Part shown: in pieces, positions 56,133 through 64,000 of the stretch | Numbering within the stretch: the stretch's first letter is position 1 | Layout of the letters: every line of letters starts with the position of its first letter | Assembly (NCBI GenBank): GCA_023381015.1 | Contig: JAMCTE010000016.1 | Span: 46,071-110,070, forward strand | DNA length: 64,000 nucleotides | Source of the DNA: Patescibacteria group bacterium | GTDB taxonomy: Bacteria; Patescibacteriota; Microgenomatia; UBA1406; GWC2-37-13 | Direction of reading: 5' to 3' | Position numbers and translations under genes: made by a program | The notes under the pieces: model-generated | What the model saw: the letters and a program-made list of their open reading frames with translations, nothing else | Database searches by the model: none | What the model was told of the DNA's origin: nothing

Positions 56133-56840
56133 TTAGAATTTTTCAAAAAATATATTTTCCTGGGGGATATTTTTTGCCAACAAAAATAGCCGCAAGGATT
56201 CGGTGATGTCTTTCCGGCCGCAGAGATAATAATCAACATCCTGTATCAGCTCTTTGTCTTTAATAGTTTTATCAAAAGCAGCGTCAACATGACCAAGATC
56301 AAAATAAGATCTTTCCTCAGCTTTTATCATATTGAGATCAGATTCCCTTGATAAACAGATTTTTGGATTGAATTTTTTTACTTGATCGAACAAATAGACG
56401 TCTTGATAAGTTTTAAGTCCCCAGAACACCTTATAACTCGAGATTGGCAAAGCATGACTTTCCAAAATGCTGATTACCGGAGCAATTCCCGTTCCCGTCG
56501 CTAGGAATACTTTTTCTCGGTTATTTTCCCTCAAAATAAACTGGCCGAGCGGACCCTGAAACTCCACCGTATCGTTAATATTTAATCCCAAAAAATAAGT
56601 CGATGCCAGTCCCCCGGAAACGATTTCGACGATAAATTCGACTTTGTCCTTGTGAAGACTAGTAGAAAATATCGAATAAAGACGGGGAACAAAAGCATTC
56701 CCTTTTGGCACTCTAAGAATTAAATACTGGCCCGGGATGAAATTGATTTCAGGAGGATCTACAAGTTTAAAAGTAAAGAAATAAATATTATTTGTAAGCT
56801 GTTTTTTATCAACGACAACTGTTTTATATATGGTTAACAT
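56133..56840 (-). CDS. FAD/NAD(P)-binding oxidoreductase (ferredoxin reductase-like)
   Basis: PGQY, RLYSI, ATGTGIAP, YLCG, FEKF. Confidence 0.85.
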   Translation of the reverse strand: MLTIYKTVVVDKKQLTNNIYFFTFKLVDPPEINFIPGQYLILRVPKGNAFVPRLYSIFSTSLHKDKVEFIVEIVSGGLASTYFLGLNINDTVEFQGPLGQFILRENNREKVFLATGTGIAPVISILESHALPISSYKVFWGLKTYQDVYLFDQVKKFNPKICLSRESDLNMIKAEERSYFDLGHVDAAFDKTIKDKELIQDVDYYLCGRKDITESLRLFLLAKNIPQENIFFEKF

Positions 56841-59203
56841 TATAGCCTGGCTCTTTGATTAATTTCCGCTTCGACGAGTTCCCTTGGCCGGCCGAACTTC
56901 AATCTAGAAAGTTGAATGATCGCTTGGGAAACTTTCTCATTAGCCTGGGCCTTGTATTTTTTGATGTCCTTGGTTAAGTCAACAGAAAAAGGCGGCACCG
57001 GCTCGTTATCGACAATCGTTTTCATATAGACATGAAACCTTTCGACATTTATCAAATCCGACTCTCCAAAGACCGGTTGGTACTCTCTTTGCAAGTAAGA
57101 GGCATCGGTGACGCCGACACGGAAAGAAATCAAGCTTCCGACATTGCCAAAAACAGCGTTCTTGACCTCTTCCTCCATCTGGCCGATGAACTGGTTCGCC
57201 ACCGTCAAGTTGAGGTGATATTTTCTCGCTTCGGAAAGGATGGTCGCAAAATCAGGAGTAGCAAAGTTCTGGAACTCATCAACGTAAAGAAAAAAGTCTC
57301 TTCTTTTTTCTTCGGGAATCTCTTGCCGGCTCATCGCCGCGACGAGAATTTTCGGGATTAAAACCAACCCTAGGAACGACGAATTCTCTTCGCCGAGCTT
57401 GCCTTTGGAAAGATTTATCAAAAGAATTTTTCCTTCGTCCATCACCCGCCTAAAATCGAAAGCACTCTGAGATTGGCCGATAATATTTCTCATTGTTTTG
57501 TTTGTGACGAAGCGGCCGAACTTGGAAACGATGTAATCAAGTACCTCTGACTTATGGAAATCTGATGTTTGGGCGATTTGATCGGTCCAGTATCGTCTAA
57601 CGATCGGATCTTGAACCTTGGGAAGCAGTTCCTGGACATATTTCGGATCGGTCAACACCCGGACGACCTCGACAAAAGTACTCCCCGAATCACTCATTAC
57701 CGTCAACATGGCATTCCTCACCGCGTGTTCGAACCTCGGACCGATGATGCCGGTGCGTTGCGGATCATAAAGCTTATACATCAAATTGATGATCGCCGTC
57801 GTCAAAAAATGTTTTTGATCTTCTGTCTTGGCTTCAAGAAGATTCAGTCCCATCGGACGTTCTACGTCGGACGGGTCAAAATAAACGACGTCTTCCGCCC
57901 TCTCCGGTGGAACAAACTTGACAATGTTGTCAATCAAATCACCGTGAGGATCGATGACGCAAACCCCGTGGCCGTCCCTAATATCCTGGATGGCCATATC
58001 TTCCAACAGGACTGATTTACCAGTGCCTGTTTTACCGATCACATAGACGTGACGACGACGGTCTTCAAAACCGATATAGACGGGTCTCTTAACGCCTCTA
58101 TAGTAACCGTGACCAATAAATGTACCGCTGTCTTGCGGTACTTCGGCCGGTACCGGAGCAGTCTTCGCCTTCAACCATTGAATGTGGGGTGTCTCGACGG
58201 TCTTGTTGGGAAAATGGAATAAGCTCGCCAACTCGTCGGTCGACAGGATGGAAATCGACCTACCAAAAGGCCAAAACGACAGGTCGACGACGGGAAAAAA
58301 TTTATAGATAAAATCAATCATAAAACTACCTTTAAAAATATTTTTTGCCGAAGTAAAACTGTTTAAATCAGAACTGAACTGAGAAAAAGCGTTTTTAATA
58401 TTTTTCAAGTGAAGATCGGCAATCTCCTTATTAGGAGAAGAGACAACAAACTTAATTACAGTTTCGAACCCGGACCGAGAACATTTGTCGTCAATTTTCT
58501 CCAAAGTTTTCGGGTCGGTCTTGAAAGTGGCTTTCTCTGGATTGGCCTCGTTTTTCTTTGTCGAGGAAACATATGACTTTCCGGCTTTTTTCCACTTCCC
58601 CTCAGCCGGCCTGATCAAAATCTGAATCAAAGCTGCCTCTTTGTCATCCATTTTAGAAATTGCCGAAGTAATAGCTGCCAAAGAATCTATAGACAAATCC
58701 TTGTAAGTCTTGATCGGCATATAAGAAGCCTCTTTTGTGACTAAGGCCCCAAAGGCTACCTTCCCTTCCTCGCTGAAAATATTAGGTTCGTCGACTTTTC
58801 TGACGTCAGCATTCTGGTAATAGCTGTAAATGGTTTTTTCTATCAAATCAATGATTCTGGACGGAGCCGAGACATAGAATCTGATTTCCGATTTCCTACC
58901 TACCAGTTCAAAAGCAACAACGTCATCGACATCCAAAAATGAAAAAAGGCCTGATTTTTTGAGTGAAGAAAAAGAAGAAAACATCTGTTCGGCAGAGTCT
59001 ATCTTGATCTCATTTTCCTTTGGAACTTTCACCTCGACAGTTACCATCTCTAGGGAGATTTTTTCCCTTTTTTTTAAACGCATATAGATAATGAGCAGAT
59101 ATATAAGGAATAAGACGAGTCCTCCGGCCAAAAGAGCAGCGACAGCAGCTAAACCGATCGTAATCAGGCGGTCAACTATGACTTGATAGACTAATGGATC
59201 CAT
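56840..59203 (-). CDS. TraD/VirD4/HerA-like coupling-protein ATPase with N-terminal TM
   Basis: RHVYVIGKTGTGKS, IDPHGD, LYVDEFQNF, EARKY; start MDPLVY (59203). Confidence 0.8.
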   Translation of the reverse strand: MDPLVYQVIVDRLITIGLAAVAALLAGGLVLFLIYLLIIYMRLKKREKISLEMVTVEVKVPKENEIKIDSAEQMFSSFSSLKKSGLFSFLDVDDVVAFELVGRKSEIRFYVSAPSRIIDLIEKTIYSYYQNADVRKVDEPNIFSEEGKVAFGALVTKEASYMPIKTYKDLSIDSLAAITSAISKMDDKEAALIQILIRPAEGKWKKAGKSYVSSTKKNEANPEKATFKTDPKTLEKIDDKCSRSGFETVIKFVVSSPNKEIADLHLKNIKNAFSQFSSDLNSFTSAKNIFKGSFMIDFIYKFFPVVDLSFWPFGRSISILSTDELASLFHFPNKTVETPHIQWLKAKTAPVPAEVPQDSGTFIGHGYYRGVKRPVYIGFEDRRRHVYVIGKTGTGKSVLLEDMAIQDIRDGHGVCVIDPHGDLIDNIVKFVPPERAEDVVYFDPSDVERPMGLNLLEAKTEDQKHFLTTAIINLMYKLYDPQRTGIIGPRFEHAVRNAMLTVMSDSGSTFVEVVRVLTDPKYVQELLPKVQDPIVRRYWTDQIAQTSDFHKSEVLDYIVSKFGRFVTNKTMRNIIGQSQSAFDFRRVMDEGKILLINLSKGKLGEENSSFLGLVLIPKILVAAMSRQEIPEEKRRDFFLYVDEFQNFATPDFATILSEARKYHLNLTVANQFIGQMEEEVKNAVFGNVGSLISFRVGVTDASYLQREYQPVFGESDLINVERFHVYMKTIVDNEPVPPFSVDLTKDIKKYKAQANEKVSQAIIQLSRLKFGRPRELVEAEINQRARL

Positions 59204-59225
59204 ATAAAAAGTATATAATAAAAAC

Positions 59226-59672
59226 ATGAACGACACGAAGCAAATCCTGGAAAAACTGAAAAAATTTAAGGTCAAACAAAACGACACGAATTGGTTATTT
59301 GTTCTGTTGATCCTATTCCTTGCTGTTAATATCTATTTTTCCCAAAACATCTCTAATATTTTTTTTGGTTTAGTAAACGGTGACAAAAAGTCGACCACCC
59401 AATTCCTGCAAAAGATTAAAAATACACCGGATTTTAATAAACGATTGGTTTTTTTCGAAACTATTTACGGTCCATCTATAAAAGACGAGGTCTTTTCCCA
59501 AGAAATCAAAATGGAAATGACGATCAAACAACTTGAACAGATGTTAAGTAAAAATCCTCAATCGCGGGATATTTTATATGCTCTTTATCAGTTGTATACT
59601 GCCAAAGGCGATCAATTGACTGCCAGCAGTTATTTACAACGGGCCAAAACCGTTGACCCGATGATAAAATGA
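59226..59672 (+). CDS. Hypothetical TM protein with C-terminal TPR-like repeat
   Basis: KNPQSRDILYALYQLY...A..YLQRAKTVDP. Confidence 0.6.
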   Translation: MNDTKQILEKLKKFKVKQNDTNWLFVLLILFLAVNIYFSQNISNIFFGLVNGDKKSTTQFLQKIKNTPDFNKRLVFFETIYGPSIKDEVFSQEIKMEMTIKQLEQMLSKNPQSRDILYALYQLYTAKGDQLTASSYLQRAKTVDPMIK

Positions 59673-59676
59673 TCTT

Positions 59677-59976
59677 ATGCTAAAACAGGCCCATCTCTAT
59701 ATAAAAGGCGACGTCATTGGAGTTGGTTTCCGGGCTTGGACGAAAATCCAGGCAAAAATTACCGGCGTCAATGGTTGGGTAAAAAATAGTTTCTCCCGTC
59801 CAGACGTTTTCGGCGTCAATGGTGGAGTCGAAGCCTTGATCCAAGGGGAAGAAGAAAAAGTAAACCAGATGGTCAAAACCGTCAAAACCGGACCGGCGGT
59901 TTCCCGGGTCGAAGACGTGGAAATTTTTTGGCAGGACGCCAAAGAGATCTTTGATTCTTTTGAAATCAGAAAGTAG
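59677..59976 (+). CDS. acyP: Acylphosphatase
   Basis: GDVIGVGFR, GWVKN, VEALIQG, GPAVSRV. Confidence 0.88.
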   Translation: MLKQAHLYIKGDVIGVGFRAWTKIQAKITGVNGWVKNSFSRPDVFGVNGGVEALIQGEEEKVNQMVKTVKTGPAVSRVEDVEIFWQDAKEIFDSFEIRK

Positions 59977-60334
59977 CGACCGCATCAAGCTCTATTAAGA
60001 CTCCTTTTGGTAAACTACTGACGCCTACTGTCGCCCTCGCCGGTTTAATTTTTCCGAAATATTGCCCATAAATTTCGTTTACCTTGGCGTAATCGGCCAT
60101 ATTGACCAAATAGATCGTTGTTTTGACGACTTGATTGAGGCCGGAGCCGGCATCAGCCAAAATAAGCCGTAAATTTTTTAATACCCGATTGGTCTGGGCT
60201 TCGATTCCAACTACGATTTCGTTTGTGGTCGGGTCGATTCCAATTTGACCAGAACAAAAAACCAGTCCATTTGCCTTAACGGTCTGGGAATATGGACCAA
60301 CTGCCTTTGGTGAATTTTCCCGCTGATGTTTCAT
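59966..60334 (-). CDS. ridA: RidA/YjgF enamine deaminase
   Basis: GPYSQ, SGQIG, VNEIY, PARATV..LPKG.LIE. Confidence 0.9.
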   Translation of the reverse strand: MKHQRENSPKAVGPYSQTVKANGLVFCSGQIGIDPTTNEIVVGIEAQTNRVLKNLRLILADAGSGLNQVVKTTIYLVNMADYAKVNEIYGQYFGKIKPARATVGVSSLPKGVLIELDAVATF

Positions 60335-60342
60335 AAATAAAA

Positions 60343-62061
60343 CTAACTAGTAACAGCTCCAAAAGAAGCGCTTGATACCAATTTGGAATATTTGTATAAG
60401 ACGCCCCTCTGGTATTTTAAATTCGGCTTTTTCCAGTTTGCCGACCTTCTTTCCATCTCCTTGTTTGAAATCAAAACGTCAATCCGTTTTTTGTTTAGAT
60501 CAATTCTGATCTTGTCGTTGTTTTTGACCAACCCGATCGGACCTTTATCATGGGCTTCAGGGGAGACGTGAGCAATCATAATGCCGTGCGTTCCACCGGA
60601 AAACCGTCCGTCGGTAACCAAAGCCACGTCTTTTCCCAGACCAGCGCCCATGATAGCCGATGACACCGATAGCATCTCCCTCATTCCCGGACCGCCTTTT
60701 GGTCCTTCGTACCTGATAACGACAACATCACCTTTCTTTATCTTTCCTGCCAGTATGGCATCTAATGATTCTTCTTCCCGATGAAAAACTCGAGCCCTGC
60801 CTTCAAAAAGACGGAGTTCCTTCCCGCTGAGTTTGATGACCGCTCCCTCAGGCGCCAGATTTCCTTTAAGAATAACCATGTGATGACCAGGTGGAGAAAG
60901 TGGTTTATCAAAGCTGTAGATGATATTCTGATGGTCTGGCCGATGAGGAGCATTCTTGATATTTTCAAAAACCGTCTTGCCTGTCACCGTCAAACAGTCT
61001 CCATGAATCAGTCCTTGATCGTAAAGCATTTTCATCACCATCGGTACACCACCAATCTTGTTTAAATGCGCCATCATATACTGACCAAATGGGCTGAAAT
61101 TACCAAGCAAGGGGACTTTATCTCCTATTCTGTTGAAGTCCTCAATCCGCAAATCAACTTTAGCTTCATGAGCCAGGGCCAAGAGGTGCAAAATCGCGTT
61201 AGTCGAACCACCGAGAGCCCAAACGACGGCAATGGCGTTTTCAAAAGATTCTTTTGTGACGATATCCCTCGACCGGATGCCTTTTTTCATCAAGTTGAAT
61301 AAGGCCTTAATTGAATCTTTGACGTCCTGCTTCTTTACTGGAGAAATCTGATTATCATAGTCAACGGCCGGGTGAGAAGCGCTTCCAGGAAGACTCATAC
61401 CCAAGGCTTCGATTGCCGAAGCCATGGTATTGGCGGTATACATTCCGCCACAGGCACCGCAACCGGGACAAGCTTTTTTTTCAATTTCGGTAAACTCCTT
61501 GGTGGTGATTTTTTTGGCCGATATCTTACCGACGGCTTCAAAAATGGACACGATGTTTAAATCTTTTCCCCGATAACGTCCGGGCAAAATCGTCCCTCCG
61601 TAAAGAGTCACTCCGATAAGATTGTTACGCAAAATGGGCATCAAGGCGCCGGGAATCGTTTTATCACAACCAGCTAAAGTGAAAACGCTATCGGCCGCGT
61701 AACCCTCCGTCATTGTTTCGATGGAATCGGCGATCAACTCCCGGCTGACCAGAGAATATTTCATTCCTTCCATTCCCATGGCTTCCCCATCGGTCACAAC
61801 CGGTGTTCCAAAAATTATCCCTTTGCCACCGTTAGCTTCGATTTCCACCATTGCCAGATCGCCTAACTTTTGGATATGGGCATTGCAAGGCGTGATATTA
61901 GTATAAGGTGAAGCCGTGGCAACCAATGGTTTCTCAAAATCCTCATCGGTAAATCCGACCGCCCTCATCATCCCCCGGGTTGGCGCTCTTTTTGACCAAT
62001 CAGGCTGGCCCTTCATACTCGTCAGAGCGATGGAACGTTTTTTCAAAGTCAATCTGGCCAT
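60343..62061 (-). CDS. ilvD: Dihydroxy-acid dehydratase
   Basis: [46 protein letters not shown]. Confidence 0.97.
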   Translation of the reverse strand: MARLTLKKRSIALTSMKGQPDWSKRAPTRGMMRAVGFTDEDFEKPLVATASPYTNITPCNAHIQKLGDLAMVEIEANGGKGIIFGTPVVTDGEAMGMEGMKYSLVSRELIADSIETMTEGYAADSVFTLAGCDKTIPGALMPILRNNLIGVTLYGGTILPGRYRGKDLNIVSIFEAVGKISAKKITTKEFTEIEKKACPGCGACGGMYTANTMASAIEALGMSLPGSASHPAVDYDNQISPVKKQDVKDSIKALFNLMKKGIRSRDIVTKESFENAIAVVWALGGSTNAILHLLALAHEAKVDLRIEDFNRIGDKVPLLGNFSPFGQYMMAHLNKIGGVPMVMKMLYDQGLIHGDCLTVTGKTVFENIKNAPHRPDHQNIIYSFDKPLSPPGHHMVILKGNLAPEGAVIKLSGKELRLFEGRARVFHREEESLDAILAGKIKKGDVVVIRYEGPKGGPGMREMLSVSSAIMGAGLGKDVALVTDGRFSGGTHGIMIAHVSPEAHDKGPIGLVKNNDKIRIDLNKKRIDVLISNKEMERRSANWKKPNLKYQRGVLYKYSKLVSSASFGAVTS

Positions 62062-62064
62062 AAA

Positions 62065-63309
62065 TCAAATCAAAAAATTATAACTCAAGTCATCTTGCCT
62101 TAACTCTTTAAAATTAAAGTCCATGTCATTCATTTTGTGAACCATGGGTAGATAGTCTTCTTTCTTGGAAAACTCGACGCCGACCAAGACCGGACCTTTC
62201 TCCCGATTGGTCCTTTTGACGTATTCAAAAAGGACGACATCATCCCTCGGACCTAAAACATGATTGACAAACTTTTTTAATTGGCCTGGTTTTTGGGCAA
62301 ATTCAATAAGGAAGTAGTGCTTACGTCCTTGATAAACCAAGCTTCTTTCCATGATTTCCGGATACCGCAATAAATCGTTATTTCCTCCCGAAATTATACA
62401 AACGACTCTTTTGCCTCTGATATCACCTTTCAATTCGTCTAAGGCTGCTACTGATAAAGCTCCGGCAGGCTCGGTAATAATGCCTTCGTTCTGGAAAAGT
62501 TCGATCATCCTTTGGGCAACCGCACCGGTATCAATAATCAACATTCTATCGACTAGTTCTTGACAAATTCGAAGCGTCAGTCTACCTGGAGTTTTAACAG
62601 CGCAACCGTCACAAAACGTATCGATAGTTTCTAAAGAAACGACTTTTTTGTTTTTTAGCGATTGATCCATACAGTCGGCGCCTTTTGCCTCAACACCGAC
62701 TATTTTTACATCATCGGCTTTATCTTTGAGATAGGAAGCGACGCCGGAAATCAGTCCGCCGCCGCCAACCGGAGCCAGGACGACGTCGACTTTCCCGGAT
62801 AGTTCGTCATAAATTTCTTTGCCGACCGTCCCTTGACCAGCAATGACTTTTTCGTCGTCGAAAGCGGAAATATACAAACCATCGGTCTGTTTGGCAAATT
62901 CTTTAGCCGCCATAGTACTTTCATCATAAGTTTGCCCGACCAGTTTTATCTGAACAAACCCGTCGCCAAAATATTTGACCCGCTCGATCTTTTGCCCAGG
63001 AGTGACCGTCGGCATGAAAACCGTTCCCTTAACTTTCATTTTTTTACAAGAGAGTGCCACTCCCTGAGCATGGTTTCCCGCCGAAGCGGTAACGACGCCT
63101 TTTTTAACCTCCATGGCACTCAAACTGAGCATTTTATTATAGGCACCGCGAATCTTGTAGGAACGAACTTCCTGAAGATCTTCCCTCTTCAGGTAGATCT
63201 CGGCGCCGTATTCGTCAGACAATCGTTTGTTAAACTGTAAAGGAGTCACTGCGACGACGTTGGCTAATTTTTCCGCTGCCTTTTCGATTTCCCTTGCTGA
63301 TACTGGCAT
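62065..63309 (-). CDS. ilvA: Threonine ammonia-lyase (short biosynthetic form)
   Basis: KREDLQEVRSYKIRGA, SAGNHAQG, PVGGGGL, SGGNND, single ACT-like domain. Confidence 0.95.
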   Translation of the reverse strand: MPVSAREIEKAAEKLANVVAVTPLQFNKRLSDEYGAEIYLKREDLQEVRSYKIRGAYNKMLSLSAMEVKKGVVTASAGNHAQGVALSCKKMKVKGTVFMPTVTPGQKIERVKYFGDGFVQIKLVGQTYDESTMAAKEFAKQTDGLYISAFDDEKVIAGQGTVGKEIYDELSGKVDVVLAPVGGGGLISGVASYLKDKADDVKIVGVEAKGADCMDQSLKNKKVVSLETIDTFCDGCAVKTPGRLTLRICQELVDRMLIIDTGAVAQRMIELFQNEGIITEPAGALSVAALDELKGDIRGKRVVCIISGGNNDLLRYPEIMERSLVYQGRKHYFLIEFAQKPGQLKKFVNHVLGPRDDVVLFEYVKRTNREKGPVLVGVEFSKKEDYLPMVHKMNDMDFNFKELRQDDLSYNFLI

Positions 63310-63318
63310 ATTGATAAA

Positions 63319-64000
63319 TTAACGGCTTTTTTCCGGCCTTAACTCTCTAACTTTGGCTCCAGTCCTCCACATCTCCGAATTTTTCATTCTAGTTAGCTCC
63401 TTTGTCAACTGTTCCTTGTAGTTTCTCTGGCTATTCTTTTTAATGACGCGCCTCGCCTCACTACCGTTGGCAACGCTTTTATATAGTTTTTCGAAAACCG
63501 GCCTGGCCGCTTTTTTGAACTGACCTTTCCAATCCAGTGCCCCTCGCTGAGCGGTCGTCGAACAGTTGGCATACATCCAATCCATGCCATTTTGCGATAT
63601 CAAAGGAATCAAACTCTGGGTCGCTTCTTCGACCGTCTCGTTAAAAGCTTCTGAGGGCGAATGGCCGTGTTTCCTAAAGAGTTCGTATTGGGCCTCCATG
63701 ATTCCGGCAATCGCACCCATAAGGACACCCCGTTCACCAGTCAAATCGCTGTAGACTTCTTTTTTGAAAGTGGTCTCAAAAAGATATCCCGATCCTATTC
63801 CAACACCCATCGCCTTGACACGATCGCTAGCTTTTCCTGTTGCATCCTGATAGACCGCAAAGCTCGAATTGATTCCCTTGCCTTCCAAGAAAAGCTTACG
63901 GACCGATCGTCCCGCTCCTTTTGGGGCTACCAAAACGACGTCAACGTCTTTGGGAGGAATAATTTTCGTCTCTTTGGAAAAAGTTATCCCGAATCCGTGG
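63319..64000 (-). CDS. ilvC: Ketol-acid reductoisomerase (5' part outside window)
   Basis: HGF, VDVVLVAPKG, SDLTGERGVLMG, GMDWMYANCSTTAQRGALDW. Confidence 0.93.
   Translation of the reverse strand, partial: HGFGITFSKETKIIPPKDVDVVLVAPKGAGRSVRKLFLEGKGINSSFAVYQDATGKASDRVKAMGVGIGSGYLFETTFKKEVYSDLTGERGVLMGAIAGIMEAQYELFRKHGHSPSEAFNETVEEATQSLIPLISQNGMDWMYANCSTTAQRGALDWKGQFKKAARPVFEKLYKSVANGSEARRVIKKNSQRNYKEQLTKELTRMKNSEMWRTGAKVRELRPEKSR

Noticed and set aside
56840-59203. Conjugative element / ICE
   Set aside because: Lone coupling-protein-like ATPase among housekeeping genes; no relaxase, VirB genes or integrase.

Overview
AT-rich, gene-dense bacterial DNA. Gene content and style (PilX-like genes, TraD/VirD4-like ATPase, many GT-C/SGNH membrane proteins, leaderless-type promoters, 7-bp-period repeats) suggest a Patescibacteria/CPR (Microgenomates-like) genome; this is inference, not a database result. 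Layout: (1) 1-3.6 kb: divergent PRPP-synthetase-like gene, secreted glycoside hydrolase, dCMP deaminase. (2) About 3.6-16.4 kb: a very AT-rich island holding the main discovery, an apparently undescribed RiPP-like system. It combines YcaO and a SagB-type dehydrogenase with an unannotated 55-aa precursor (13306-13473; YQKPxI leader motif, Cys/Thr/Ser-rich core QSNCDTTACDT) and lasso-cluster-type accessory genes (HprK-like kinase, S26 peptidase-nucleotidyltransferase fusion, PqqD/RRE, phosphoglycosyl transferase). No lasso cyclase is present, and a split STT3-like glycosyltransferase lies alongside. (3) 17-23 kb: divergent SecA paralog and GH10-like protein. (4) 23-38.4 kb: surface-glycan modification block (GT4s, SGNH paralogs, Wzy/ligase, carbamoyltransferase-SxtJ/K-like cassette, GT2-YdjC-B12 radical SAM-GT-C cassette). 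(5) 38-64 kb: pilin-like genes, gatCAB, tRNA-Pro, tandem sulfatase-like genes, transporters, PBP2, coupling-protein-like ATPase and an ilvC-ilvA-ilvD-ridA operon. All functional calls come from motif recognition by eye; no searches were run.
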